26,618 nt of DNA from Octopus sinensis. Taxonomy: Eukaryota. This document shows, piece by piece, positions 1 to 11,741 of the stretch (the first letter of the stretch is position 1; every line of letters starts with the position of its first letter). The position numbers were made by a program, and so were the translations under genes. The stretch lies in contig NW_021834717.1 of the NCBI RefSeq assembly GCF_006345805.1, forward strand, positions 1 to 26,618, written 5' to 3'. The notes beneath the pieces were generated by a model. It saw only the letters and a list, made by a program, of their open reading frames with translations. It was not told the origin of the DNA and did no database searches.

Positions 1-303
1 AAACACAGCTAGATCTCATAATGCAGGGAAACAACTGCATAATTAAGTACCTGCGCCCCTGGAGAACTACGTTGCGTGGAAACAATAGCAGTGATTAAAA
101 AATAAATGTCTAAGCGTACCCCTTCTAATTGGCTCTAATTTTTTCAGTTACCTATTCACACACGACAGATGCCCAAACGCAAACCTGGAAACACACATAA
201 TGCTACTAATGGACAGCACAAAGTAAATCTGAAGGTGGACGTGCTTTATACTGTACTCTACTACGTTCTTAACAGAATATACCTTAACTATATATAATTA
301 AGT

Positions 304-669
304 GGAGGCGCAATGGCCCAGTGGTTAGAGCTGCGGACTTGCGGTTTCAATTCCCAGACCGGGGGTTGTGAGTGTTTATTAAGCGAAAACACCTAAATCT
401 CTACGATGCTCCGGCAGGGGGTGGTGGCAAACCCTGCTGTTTTCTTTCACCACAACTTTCTCTCAAACTTTCTTCCTGTTTCTGTTGTACCTGTATTTCA
501 AAGGGCCAGCCTTGCCACATTCTGTGTCACGTTGAATCTCCCTGAGAGCTACGTTAAGGGTACACGTGTCTGTGGGGTGCTCAGCCACTTACAAGTTGAT
601 TTCACGAGCAAGCTGTTCTGTTGATCGGATCAACTAGAACCTTCGTCGTCGTAACCGATGGAGTGCCAC
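304..669 (+). mobile_element. tRNA-derived SINE (family A), near full length
   Basis: Starts GGAGGCGCAATGGCCCAGTGGTTAGAG (A box) followed by GGTTTCAATTCCC (B-box-like). The tRNA head looks shortened between the boxes. Ends CGTCGTCGTAACCGATGGAGTGCCAC. I recall this family from octopus genomes (unverified). Confidence 0.75.
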
Positions 670-915
670 GGTTTATAATTAATATAGACAGCAGTTAGCA
701 ATGTTTCACCAAAAAGGAGAATTACAAATGTCACTAAACGTTATTAGGATGTTAGAAAACACCTACATTGCTAGAAATAAGAGCTAAACTGCTCTAATGT
801 TGTAGTTAATGCACATGAATGGAAGCATATACACTAACAGGGAGCATAATCATCCGAAAATTGCTGATTGAGAATTCATCATACTGACATCAGTTTTGGC
901 AATCTCCGTTGCTTC

Positions 916-992
916 ATATATATATACATTATGTATGTATGTATGTATGTATGTATGTATGTATGTATGTATGTATGTATGTATGTATGTAT

Positions 993-1038
<46 letters not shown>

Positions 1039-1077
1039 ATATATATATATATATATATATACACATACATACACATA
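916..1077. repeat. (TATG)n + (TA)n compound microsatellite abutting a SINE head
   Basis: Read directly; explains ORFs 850-1169. Confidence 0.95.
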
Positions 1078-1228
1078 CCGACGGATTTCTTCCAATTTCT
1101 GTCTACCAAATCTACTCGCAAGGTTTTACTCAGCTCGAACAAAAGATAGTTGCACAAAATGCCACGCACAGATTGAACCCGGAATTGTGTGGTTGGGAAG
1201 CGAAATTCTTACCACATAGCCACACCTA
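1078..1228 (-). mobile_element. tRNA-derived SINE (family B), 5' half only, decayed
   Basis: Reverse complement GGTGTGGCTATGTGGTAAGAATTTCGCTTCCCAACCACACAATTCCGGGTTCAAT... matches the heads of copies at 6247-6646, 8353-8740 and 15831-16468. Confidence 0.8.
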
Positions 1229-1273
1229 TATATGTAGTATTATATCTAATGGTAGGTGATACAGGATATGAAA

Positions 1274-1438
1274 TATTCTTTTCTACTCTAGGCACAAGGC
1301 CCTAAATTTTTGGGGAAAGGTCCAGTCGATTAGATCGATCCCAGTACACAACTAGTACTTAATTTATCAACCCCGAAAGGATGAAAGGCAAAGTCGACCT
1401 CGGCGGAATTTGAACTCAGAACGTAATGACAGACGAAA
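1274..1438 (-). mobile_element. SINE family C, 3' monomer fragment
   Basis: Reverse complement contains ACGTTCTGAGTTCAAATTCCGCCGAGGTCGACTTTGCCTTTCATCCTTTCGGGG...CCTTGTGCCTAGAGTAGAAAAG, as in 4072-4476. Confidence 0.85.
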
Positions 1439-2741
1439 CATGATATTAAATATTATGATTTATCACATTATTCGTGTTAGAATATTATGTGGTATATATA
1501 TAGTAGCGTATGGTATATTATATATGGTTTTATTTATTGTGGTTATACTATAGTATATTATATGATATATAACAATATATGTTATACTATATATGATATG
1601 ATATATGTTATTGTTATGATATAATATGTGATAATTTACGTGTTATCGAATATCACATGATTAAAAGTACGGCATACCGCGTAAGTTACCTTGAAAGAGC
1701 ATATTTTGTCGTCTCTTAGTTTTACAAAGGAGAGAACTCGAAGTATGAGCGAGCGGATGTCAAAATCACTTATACCGTATCTTTAAATTATATGCAAAAT
1801 TTATTTAAGACGTTTCTAGTGAAATATATTGATATATATGAGGATATGCGACTGACAAATCACAGTGAAGTAGAAATGTGCTTCTGACTTTCTCACCGTC
1901 ACCATTTTTCATCTGTGACTAATATAATTTTGCTTTTGAACACGGTATGCTCATAAATATTATTCCCGAACAAATAGCTTGCTTTTTCGCGATGGATTTG
2001 CATTTAGTATGATAAACAGATGCTTATTTCACTCTGATACTACATCTTGTTGCAGATAACGTATTTTTATTCAGCCGGCTGGTTAACCGCGACATCAGCG
2101 ATTTTTCAATCACTATTTTCATATACGATTAGCAACGGATATTGACTTAGCGTGCGGTTGCAATGAGTATATGCTACCGGCAAACCGCAGCGAGGCAGAA
2201 ACGCGCGTCTGGTATTCTCACCACTGCTGCTGGTCGATTTCCATCGGTGATTGATACGTTGGTGTTTTAAACACAGCACGCCCATAATTGATATTATCTC
2301 CGAACTAATATCGCAGCCAATTTGCTTTTTCATGAAGAATCTGCTTTTAGTATGAAACATAGACAGCTATTTGAACGTTATGCTAATTCTGTTGTATATA
2401 ACGGAGACACACAGACACAGACACACAGACACACATATATATTCATTAATGCAATCCTTCATATCTTAACTTTGTGTAACTCTTTGAAGTCTATCTGAAT
2501 TCGTTATAAATATTTGCATAAATAGAAATTTCATGACGTTATCTGACTCGCAAAGGATGTACACATCATTTCGTTTCAAAATATCTTTACTTTGTGTAAT
2601 GCTGATGCACCAGTTATCTTCAGGTCTTCACATAATTCATTAACCAATATATTTTTCAATGTCAGTTATTTTGCTTCACCAGGTTCTGGATGACAAAGTT
2701 AACGATCTATCAAAAACAAAAACAAAAAAGCAATATTTTGC

Positions 2742-2826
2742 TTATATAATTCTTCTTTACATATATATATATATATAATTCTTCTTATAAAATTTCTTAT
2801 ATAATTCTTCTTTACATATAATTATA

Positions 2827-2875
<49 letters not shown>

Positions 2876-2910
2876 CTTCTATATATTTCTTATATAATTC
2901 TTCTTCACAT
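2742..2910. repeat. Degenerate minisatellite: TATAATTCTTCTT units interleaved with (TA)n
   Basis: About five copies of ATAATTCTTCT visible. Confidence 0.8.
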
Positions 2911-3054
2911 ATCCCCCGAAACGACCCCTGTTTTATTTTTCCCTTTCACCCACCGCATCCACGCAATTTTCCGGTTTCCCTGTTTTATCTCTTTACTATA
3001 TTTTTTATTCCTGCATTTTTCTACTCCATTTTTACCTTATACAGTTATTATGCA

Positions 3055-3055
<1 letters not shown>

Positions 3056-3109
<54 letters not shown>

Positions 3110-3163
3110 TATTATTATTATTTGTTGTTATTGTTGTTATTATTATTATTGTTGTTGTTGTTG

Positions 3164-3195
<32 letters not shown>

Positions 3196-3214
3196 CTTAT
3201 CATTATTATTATTG

Positions 3215-3246
<32 letters not shown>

Positions 3247-3266
3247 TATTATTATTATTATTGTTG

Positions 3267-3328
<62 letters not shown>
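3056..3328. repeat. (TTA)n/(TTG)n microsatellite
   Basis: Read directly; explains the poly-L/I ORF 3050-3343. Confidence 0.97.
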
Positions 3329-3330
<2 letters not shown>

Positions 3331-3400
3331 AATAAATGACTGATAACGACGTTATCATCTATATATATGATAACGTCATATATATATAATTAAAAATACA

Positions 3401-3579
3401 CATTTTTGGGGAGAGAGCCAGTCGATTAGACCGACCTCAGTACGTAAATGGTACTTAATTTATCGACCCATAAAGGATAAAAGGCAAAGTCGACCTCGGC
3501 GGAACTCAGAACATAGCGGTAGACAAACTACCGCTAAGCAGTTCGCCCGGCGTGCTAACAATTCTGCCAGCTCGCCGCC
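3401..3579 (-). mobile_element. SINE family C, monomeric copy with tRNA head
   Basis: Reverse complement begins GGCGGCGAGCTGGCAGAATTGTTAGCACGCCGGGCGAA and carries the CCGAGGTCGACTTTGCCTTT core. Confidence 0.85.
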
Positions 3580-3583
3580 CTGT

Positions 3584-3948
3584 TTCTTTTCTATTCTAGG
3601 CACAAGACCCGACATTTTTGGGGAGGGGGTCAGTCGATTAGATCGATCCCAAAAGAATGAAAGACAAAGTCGACCTCGGCGTAATTTGAACTTAGAACGT
3701 AAAGACAGACGAAATACCTATTTCTTTACCACCCACAAGGGGCTAAACATAGAGGCTACAAACAAGGACAGACAAAGGGATTAAGTCGATTACATCGACG
3801 CCAGTGCATAACTGGTACTTAATCTATCGACCCTGAAAGGATGAAAGGTAAAGTCGACCTCGGCGGAATTTGAACTCAGAACGTAACGGCAGACGAAATA
3901 CCGCTAAGCATTTCGCCCGGGTGCTAAAGTTTCTGCCAGCTCACTGCC

Positions 3949-3950
<2 letters not shown>
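3584..3950 (-). mobile_element. SINE family C, dimeric copy
   Basis: Reverse complement of the 4072-4476 copy over almost its whole length, with a deletion of about 32 bp at 3650/3651. Confidence 0.9.
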
Positions 3951-3983
<33 letters not shown>

Positions 3984-4071
3984 CAAACGATGGATATGAA
4001 TACATAGACTCAAATGCACAGCTTAATGTATCAGAATTCCAGACCAGTTAGTTCAGTAGTATATTCACGAG

Positions 4072-4476
4072 AAGGCGGCGAGCTGGCAGAAACGATAGCA
4101 CGCCGGGCGAAATGCTTAGCGGTATTTCTTCTGCCGTTACGTTCTGAGTTCAAATTCCGCCGAGGTCGACTTTGCCTTTCATCCTTTCGGGGTCGATTAA
4201 ATAAGTACCAGTTACGCACTGGGGTCGATGTAATCGACTTAATCCCTTTGTCTGTCCTTGTTTGTCGTCTCTGTGTTTAGCCCCTTGTGGGTAGTAAAGA
4301 AATAGAAATAGGTATTTCGTCTGTCTTTACGTTCTAAGTTCGAATTACGCTGAGGTCGACTTTGCCTTTCATCCCTTCGGCGTCGATAAATTAACTACCA
4401 GTTGCGTACTGGGATTTATCTAATCGACTGGCCCCTTCTCCCAAAATTTCGGGCCTTGTGCCTAGAGAAGAAAAGA
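4072..4476 (+). mobile_element. SINE family C, dimeric copy
   Basis: Head AAGGCGGCGAGCTGGCAGAAACGATAGCAC. Two internal copies of GTTCT(G/A)AGTTC(A/G)AATT(C/A)CGC(C/T)GAGGTCGACTTTGCCTTTCATCC. Tail GGGCCTTGTGCCTAGAGAAGAAAAG. Confidence 0.9.
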
Positions 4477-4624
4477 CTAGTATATCCATTCGGCTATTGC
4501 ATGCAAATATATTCTCGAGGTATACTTATGTTTAAATCCCTCTACAAAATATAATTACTCTGCGAAGGCGTTGTTGGTAGATTTATCAGGGATCAGAGAA
4601 GATCCCTTACGACATTTGGTTGCA

Positions 4625-4760
4625 GACCGTAACTTTCTGAGTTGAAATCACAGAAAAGTAAACTTTCTTTTTCACTCTGCTGAGGTTTATAAAACGAGCT
4701 TGATTTGAGTTTACGGGTCAGTCTAATCTATTAAACTCATCCCACAATTTTTGACTTGGA
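4625..4760 (+). mobile_element. Highly decayed family C-like SINE fragment
   Basis: TTCTGAGTTGAAATC...CTTTCTTTTCA...ATAAAA...TAATCTATTAAACTCATCCCACAATTTTTG aligns by eye to the family C monomer. Confidence 0.45.
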
Positions 4761-4882
4761 GGTTCACCGTTCCAAAAGAAGAATTATTTCATGTTCTCAA
4801 AATTTCTAAATTCTTATGACGTTAACAACAAACGATGCTCGCTGGTAAGAATAAAGTTTCTAAAATAGAGAAATCTGAAGAA

Positions 4883-4945
4883 TTGCTTTGGTTCAATGGT
4901 AGAACGCTAGTCATGTTTACAGATCAAGGTTCCATTCTCCCACAC
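4883..4945 (+). other. Decayed tRNA-like head (A box TGGTTCAATGG, B-box-like GGTTCCATTCT); SINE relic or tRNA pseudogene
   Basis: Box-like motifs at tRNA spacing; no complete cloverleaf. Confidence 0.3.
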
Positions 4946-5344
4946 GCAGCCTTAAACCATTTCCTATTCGAATGCCTTTTTCTAAACCTAGTATAAACAC
5001 ACTATTATTTATAGGTTTATCTGCTTCGAGATTCACCGTTCCCCACCCCCATAAACTATTTTATATTTTTCGATGAGTATTTTGCTGCACGTAATAAACT
5101 GTGAGGCAAATCCCACGAGGCAATGCTGTTTTCTGTTAACGGTAAAAGACAATTTACTTCCTTTTATTCCAAAGTCTTAATGTAGAAAAGGAATTTTATA
5201 AACGTCAGAACAATCTATCTTCATTCAGTTAAAACACAAGTCTTTTATTCCCGGTGAGAGAGAAAGCAATCATTTGTGTTTCTTGCGGAGCTACTGGGCA
5301 ATCATCTTGTCACACATTTGGGTTGGTTATAGCACAGTGTAATT

Positions 5345-5750
5345 TATATTGTGTTATATATACATACATAGATGCCTGTACACATACTTAGACGCATACA
5401 TGCATACATACATAGATAAATGTATACATACATACATGCAAACATAAACACATACATACAAACATAGATGCATGCACACATACATACATGCATACATCTA
5501 TAGATGCATACATGTATACATTTATATAAACACATACGTGCATAAATACAAGCACACACTTAAATACATACAAACTTGCCTACGTAAAACATGCAAATAT
5601 ATATACACGCATACATAATACATAAATACATTCATGCATACATGCATAAATGCGTACACATACGTATATATACATTCAGGCATACATACATACGTACGTA
5701 CATACTTACATACTTGCATACTTACATCTGCGTACATGTATACATATATG
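5345..5750. repeat. Degenerate (CATA/TACA)n low-complexity tract
   Basis: Read directly. Confidence 0.9.
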
Positions 5751-6004
5751 ATTGAATAAAAGTGCAAACAGGCCACCAACTGGTATCAGGTCAGGGTATG
5801 ACATTTATGCATTTACAAAACCTGAGGGTAGAAATGAACGTTACAGGAGAATGGTTCCGTTGAAGAATGTTTAAAATGCTTTGTGATTCATGCTGGAATA
5901 CTCCCGGAACGGTTATAAGGTATTTCCCATTATTGATATTAGATTGTAGGGAAAGTAGGTCGTCGTACCTAAAATCCAAAGATGGATGAAAAAAAAAGGA
6001 AGAG

Positions 6005-6245
6005 ACATACATGTATACACACAAACACACACGCACACTTATATATACATACACATGTATATGGACACACCTACATACATACATACATACATACATACAT
6101 ACATACATACATACATACATACATACATACATACATACAATCGTACGTACATATACGTATATGCATACATGCATACATACATATATAAATACATACATGA
6201 ATACATACATATCAGCATACATATGTATGTATATATGTATCTATC
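6005..6245. repeat. (CA)/(CATA)n microsatellite
   Basis: Read directly. Confidence 0.95.
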
Positions 6246-6246
6246 T

Positions 6247-6646
6247 ATTCTTTTATTCTTTTATTTGTTTCAGTCATTTGATTGCAGCCATGTTGGAGCA
6301 CCGCCTACTTAGTCGAACAAAGTCACCCAGGACCTATTCTTTGTAAGCCTAGTACTTATTCTCTTTGGCCGAACCACTATGTTACGGGTACGTAAACACA
6401 CCAACATCGGTTGTCAAGCGATGGTGGGGGATAAACACAGACACACACACACACACACATACACACACACACACACATACACACACATATATGATGGGCT
6501 TCTTACAGTTTCCGTTTACGAAATCCACTCACAAGGCTTCGGTCGGCTCGAGGCTATAGTAGAAGACACTTGTCCAAGTTGCCACGCAGTGGGACTGAAT
6601 CCGGAACCATGTGAGTTGTAAGCAAGCTACTTACCATACAGCCACT
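6247..6646 (-). mobile_element. tRNA-derived SINE family B, full length, with internal (TG)n
   Basis: Reverse complement head GTGGCTGTATGGTAAGTAGCTTGCTTACAACTCACATGGTTCCGGATTCAGTCCC; tail GGCGGTGCTCCAACATGGCTGCAATCAAATGACTGAAACAAATAAAAGAATAAAAG. Confidence 0.88.
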
Positions 6647-6695
6647 ATATATATATATATATATATATATTAATATATATATATAATATATATTA

Positions 6696-6727
<32 letters not shown>

Positions 6728-6788
6728 TATGTGTGTGTGTGTGTGATGCATACATTCATATATATATGTATGTACGTATGCATGTTTG

Positions 6789-6822
<34 letters not shown>

Positions 6823-6900
6823 TATATATGTTATAATTATATATGTATATGTATGTAAATACATACTTATATTTACATATGTGTTATGCATGCATGTGTG
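6647..6900. repeat. (TA)n/(TG)n/(TATG)n compound microsatellite
   Basis: Read directly. Confidence 0.93.
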
Positions 6901-7299
6901 TGAAAGTTATCCTTTTGTCACTTCAAGTTTCTCGCCGGACTGGTGTTCATCAAATGGCACATATATATGGAGGCTGTTTTCAATGCAAACAGAAGTATTT
7001 TTGGCGTTTGATATGTGAAAGTAAACGTCTGGTTACTTTTTCTTGTTTACTTTCGCTCGTTTCATAAGGTCCCATGTCACTGCTTTATTGTGTTCCATAG
7101 ACTTTATATTCTCAGCATTTTAATGTCATCTTCGTTTTATTGTTTAAAGTTTCGGCTTATTTAGGTAATATATGGTATTTCACAGCAATGCACAGCTGGC
7201 AGTACATTGGTTAATTCGTGAGAGATATGTTGCGTTCGTTGATTGATCTGTTTCAATATATAATGCTACATAATTTCGTTTACCTAACATGAAATTACA

Positions 7300-7773
7300 T
7301 GCAAATATGTATGCGCATGTATACACACGCAAACATTCACTCACGTATATATACATATTTATGCATAAGCACATATATATAAATATATATAAATATCTAC
7401 AATTGTAGTAATTAATAAAAAATCTCTCATCTTCCATCTTCCGTCTTTTATTTCCGCCTTTCATATATATATATACATACATACATATGTATGTATATAT
7501 ATAAATATATATAATATATATATTTACATAAATGTACACACACACATATATATGTATACGTATATGTATGCATACATATATGTATATATATATACATGTA
7601 TATGTACATATACATGTACATATATATATGTATGCATGTATATATGCATATATATGTGTATATTTATATATACATATATATATATGTATACATATCTAGA
7701 TATATGTACCTATATACATGTATATATATATGTATACATATATATATGCACATATATGTATATATATAATATA

Positions 7774-7804
<31 letters not shown>

Positions 7805-7805
7805 A
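7300..7805. repeat. Degenerate TA/CATA low-complexity tract
   Basis: Read directly. Confidence 0.85.
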
Positions 7806-8290
7806 GTACTGGTAATGGTACTGGTAATAGCTTTAGCTCGCTCTGATACTGAGTTGAGATGATGCCTTTTAGTATCTCAAAATTTAATATACAATTATTC
7901 ATAATTGTAGTGTCCTACGCTGATGAGAAAAGAAGTTGGGTAAGGTAGAATTATCTAATTCTTATGCTTCCTAAAACTTGATTTCGAACGTACGTCGTAG
8001 GTGACTTAAATGTGTATGATAGATTGCCGTCATTTCATTCTCTCTTACCTGTCTGTGTTTGCCTTTCAAGTGCTGTGTTTTACTGAGATCTCCCTTTTAG
8101 TAGAAAGAATAGCTATAACCTCTTTGACTGCTATTTCTAAATTCGTGTGTGTGGTGAGGCAATTCGTGCTAAACCCTTAATTGCTTAGTATTACTTAAAT
8201 TTTCCTCGAATGAGGCTTTTACATGCCGAAATCTACTTGGTGTAATTAATAATTATTCCAAATTAATTAATTTCACCCTTTATTGTTACT
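7806..8290 (+). mobile_element. Probable solo PLE terminal repeat (pLTR) between two (TA)n tracts
   Basis: Unique-looking block of about 480 bp bounded by (TA)n on both sides and containing a decayed hammerhead at 7914-8001. Boundaries inferred. Confidence 0.5.
7914..8001 (+). ncRNA. Degenerate type I hammerhead ribozyme motif
   Basis: CCTAC-G-CTGATGA; stem II GAAA/TTTC with internal hairpin AGAATTA-TC-TAATTCT; GAA (one A short of GAAA); palindrome ACGTACGT; GTC triplet; GTAGG. Confidence 0.65.
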
Positions 8291-8352
8291 TATATATATA
8301 TATATACATATATATATATACATACATGCATACATGTATATGTACATGTATA

Positions 8353-8740
8353 TTATCTTTTATCTTTCATTTGTTTCAGTCATTAGACTGCGCCCATGCT
8401 GGGGCATCTTCTTGAGGAATTTTAGTCGAAAGAATCGACCCCAGTTATTATTGTTTTGTAGAGCCTAGTACTTAGTCTATCGGTTTCTTCTTCCGAACCG
8501 CTAAGTTACGGGGACGTAAACACACCAACACCATTTGGTGGGGGAGAAGCACATACACAAAGATACACACACATACATTTATATACGACGGGCTTCTTTC
8601 ACTTTCCGCCTACCAAATCCACTTACAAGGCTTTAATTGGCCCGAGGGTATAGTAGAAGGCAGTTGCCCAAGGTGCCACGCAGTGGGCTCGAACCCAGAA
8701 CCATATGTTTGGGAAGCAAACTTCGTACCACACAACCTCA
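8353..8740 (-). mobile_element. tRNA-derived SINE family B, full length
   Basis: Same head and tail as 6247-6646 and 15831-16468, with a short internal TG/TA spacer. Confidence 0.85.
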
Positions 8741-9396
8741 TACATATATAAGTATGTTTGTGTGTGTGTGTGTGTGTGTTGCTGGCGAGTAATTTGCTCG
8801 GAGGTTTGATGTGAGACGATGTGTTGAAACGAAAACAATTTTATCTAAATAGAATCATATTTGTCATTAAAAGCAACACGCAATTATGCATACACATACA
8901 CACACAACTTACATACACGTACACATATACCTACGTACGCTTATACACATGCACTCATTCATATACACACATACACCTATACACACACGCACACACACAC
9001 ACACACACACTATTATATTCCCATTTAATCAATCATTTTGTAAGATTCCTATACATCTTTAAATATCAAAACCTTTTGTCTTACATCTCTTACAAGGTCA
9101 CCAGTACTCTAATTCACTGTATCTCTTAGAAGACAGTTGAAATTTTATTTTCTCTCTCTTTCAATCTAATCTTTCACCTCCGCACATATACACACACAAC
9201 TGACTCCCTTTCTGCTTCACTAATCTTCGTACTCTCTCACACACACACTTTCACGCACACAAACGGACACGCACATAATACACTCACAACCTCTATAATG
9301 GTGATAATATCAACCATGCCATCTTTTATCAATTCTTGATACTTTTGTGTATATATGACCGTATGCTATACAGATATATGGGTAGAAGTGTAAATG

Positions 9397-9508
<112 letters not shown>

Positions 9509-9836
9509 TACGTGCGTATGTCCATCAAATTATTCAACTAGATACTGTTGTTGTGATAGCGTTAGTATTTTACAATGAGTTCGTTGAAGTGCAGCCCATA
9601 CTTACTTTTTGGCCGTCTCCCCCCCGCCCCTTACACTATATTCTCACCTCGTCGACGCTTTTTCAGACTTCGATGTTATTTTCCATCCCATCCTTTTAAC
9701 AATGTTTACAATGGAAGCAAAGTTTGTGACCTCATTCAGATCCTGGCGGGAGACGTGGCTGAACGTCTGCAGGGGGGTTCTCTAATTTTACATTTCCACT
9801 AAAACATTGATAATGTGTTTGGTATATTACCTATAA

Positions 9837-10102
9837 AACACACACACACACACACACACATGCACACACACACACATGCACACACACACACATGCACACA
9901 CGCACAAACACACACACACACTGATACACATGCATAATACATTCATGCGTACATACATACATACATACATACATACATACATACATACATACATACATAC
10001 ATACATACATACGTACATACATACATTTATATATGCGTTATAGTTATACTTTCATTATCATTTTGCCGCAATATATATTAAGTGTGATTACAACTGTTTT
10101 TG

Positions 10103-10166
<64 letters not shown>

Positions 10167-10214
10167 ATCTATCTACTATCTAAATGTCTGCCTGCTCGTC
10201 TGTTGTCTATATAT

Positions 10215-10265
<51 letters not shown>

Positions 10266-10337
10266 TATATATATTATATATATAATATATATATATATAT
10301 ATGTGTGTGTGGTGTGTGTGTGTGTGTGTGTGTGTGT
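9837..10337. repeat. Compound CA, CATA, TATC, TA and TG microsatellites with a short spacer
   Basis: Read directly. Confidence 0.9.
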
Positions 10338-10514
10338 ATTTACCTTCGAAACGTGGAGTAGATAAAACAGGGTACAACTGACGAATGGAATGTTCTTTAT
10401 GTCACCCGTCTCGTTTCTCTGTTTTGTTTTCGTTTGTTATAAGCTTATAAAATATCATTATTATTATTTAAAGAATTGACACTCGCCACCGCTTCTCAAT
10501 TTCATCACAGAAAA

Positions 10515-10518
10515 CATA

Positions 10519-10581
<63 letters not shown>

Positions 10582-10591
10582 TATGTATATA

Positions 10592-10637
<46 letters not shown>

Positions 10638-10706
10638 TATGTATATATACATACATACATACATACATATACATACATAATATATATGGGGGGATATATA
10701 ATATAT

Positions 10707-10765
<59 letters not shown>

Positions 10766-10770
10766 TATAT

Positions 10771-10802
<32 letters not shown>

Positions 10803-10806
10803 ATGT
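10515..10806. repeat. (TA)n/(CATA)n tract
   Basis: Read directly. Confidence 0.93.
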
Positions 10807-10807
10807 G

Positions 10808-11008
10808 TGACCTCGTGAGTACCGCCAACGATTTTTTTTCCTCTGTCTTCCTTTCTCGGAATCTTTTCTTCTCCTATATTCCGAAGAGAGCTCCGCTTGA
10901 AACGTTAAACCCTCCTTCTTCCCTTCTTTCCTGAGCGTCCAATAATACTTTATTTGTTCCACGTCGTCGCGTTGCTGTGTTTTTTTGTGTTTTCTTGTTT
11001 GGATTAAC
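10808..11008 (+). mobile_element. Solo PLE pLTR fragment flanked by (TA)n
   Basis: Resembles the 3' end of the PLE at 20154-21340 (GAGC..GCTYGAAACGTTAAA...CTGAGCG..A.TAATAC...TTTGTT); (TA)n on both sides. Confidence 0.7.
10877..10910 (+). ncRNA. Degenerate minimal type I hammerhead motif
   Basis: CCGAAGA (U4 to C); stem II GAGC-TCC-GCTT; GAAA-CGTT; AAAC. Core and stem I are damaged. Confidence 0.55.
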
Positions 11009-11093
11009 TATATATATATATATATTATATTATACATATATATATATAAGTAAATAAATAGAGTTGAACGAAGATGTTATTAAAATTCTTTTA

Positions 11094-11176
11094 CTTTCGA
11101 CATATGTTTCGAAGACAACATTGGTTTTATTCCAAAGGAATAAACGGTGTAAAATGCAATCTTCTCATCAGGAAAG
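11094..11176 (-). ncRNA. Type I hammerhead ribozyme, intact core (left arm)
   Basis: Reverse complement: CTTTC-CTGATGA-GAAGA...TCTTC-GAAA-CATATGTC-GAAAG. Confidence 0.88.
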
Positions 11177-11369
11177 AAAGAGAGCCTACCTCAACAACAA
11201 GACAGTATAACAATTACGATGACTGCCTAAATGATAAATAGAACATTATTAAGTATTTAATAACGTCAAATCTACTAACAGTTTTTTAAATACTTAATAA
11301 CGTTCTGTTTATCATGTAGGCAGTTATCGTAATTGTTATAATGTCTTGTTGTTGAGATAGGCTCCCTTT

Positions 11370-11452
11370 CTTTCCTGATGAGAAGATTGCATTTAACACT
11401 GTTCATTCCTTTGGAATAAAACCAATGTTGTCTTCGAAACATATGTCGAAAG
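11370..11452 (+). ncRNA. Type I hammerhead ribozyme, intact core (right arm)
   Basis: Stem I CTTTC(11370-74)/GAAAG(11448-52); CTGATGA 11375-81; stem II GAAGA/TCTTC; GAAA 11436-39; palindromic ACATATGT; GUC triplet 11445-47. Confidence 0.9.
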
Positions 11453-11616
11453 TAAAAGAATTTTAATAACATCTTCCTTCAACTCCATTTATTTACTTAT
11501 ACTACACAAATTACTACACATTAACCCGGAGTTTCTACCTTTGAATAGGTCGCTTCATCCGTGTTACTTGAGTGAATTTTGCTACCCTGGAAACTGTTTA
11601 TTGAATTTTCCATGTT

Positions 11617-11658
11617 AACGGTAAACAAAGCATAATTCATTCATCCATTTATATATAT

Positions 11659-11741
<83 letters not shown>

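Larger units (their letters stand above)
11045..11501. mobile_element. 457-bp palindrome: two inverted 216-bp PLE pLTR-like arms around a 25-bp spacer
   Basis: 11045-11260 is the reverse complement of 11286-11501, with 12 substitutions counted by eye and no indels. Each arm carries a hammerhead. Confidence 0.9.

Noticed and set aside
293-681. TATAATTA as a target-site duplication of the first SINE
   Set aside because: A short AT-only match that is not flush with the element ends; expected by chance.
2905-3050. Pyrimidine-rich block before (TTA)n as a functional element
   Set aside because: Low complexity with no motif; may be decayed repeat or low-quality sequence.
6917-7021. Plus-strand exon (TTCAAG| ... 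|GTAAAC)
   Set aside because: No recognisable product and no compatible neighbouring exon.
10341-10440. GAAACGTG...CTGACGA as a permuted (type II) hammerhead
   Set aside because: The triplet would be GUG and no convincing stems close the core. It may be a PLE-end fragment, but this is unsupported.
11045-11501. Tc1/mariner (Stowaway-like) MITE interpretation based on TA ends and long inverted repeats
   Set aside because: The arms contain complete hammerhead motifs and the element abuts (TA)n like the other PLE pieces. A PLE origin explains more, though a MITE is not formally excluded.
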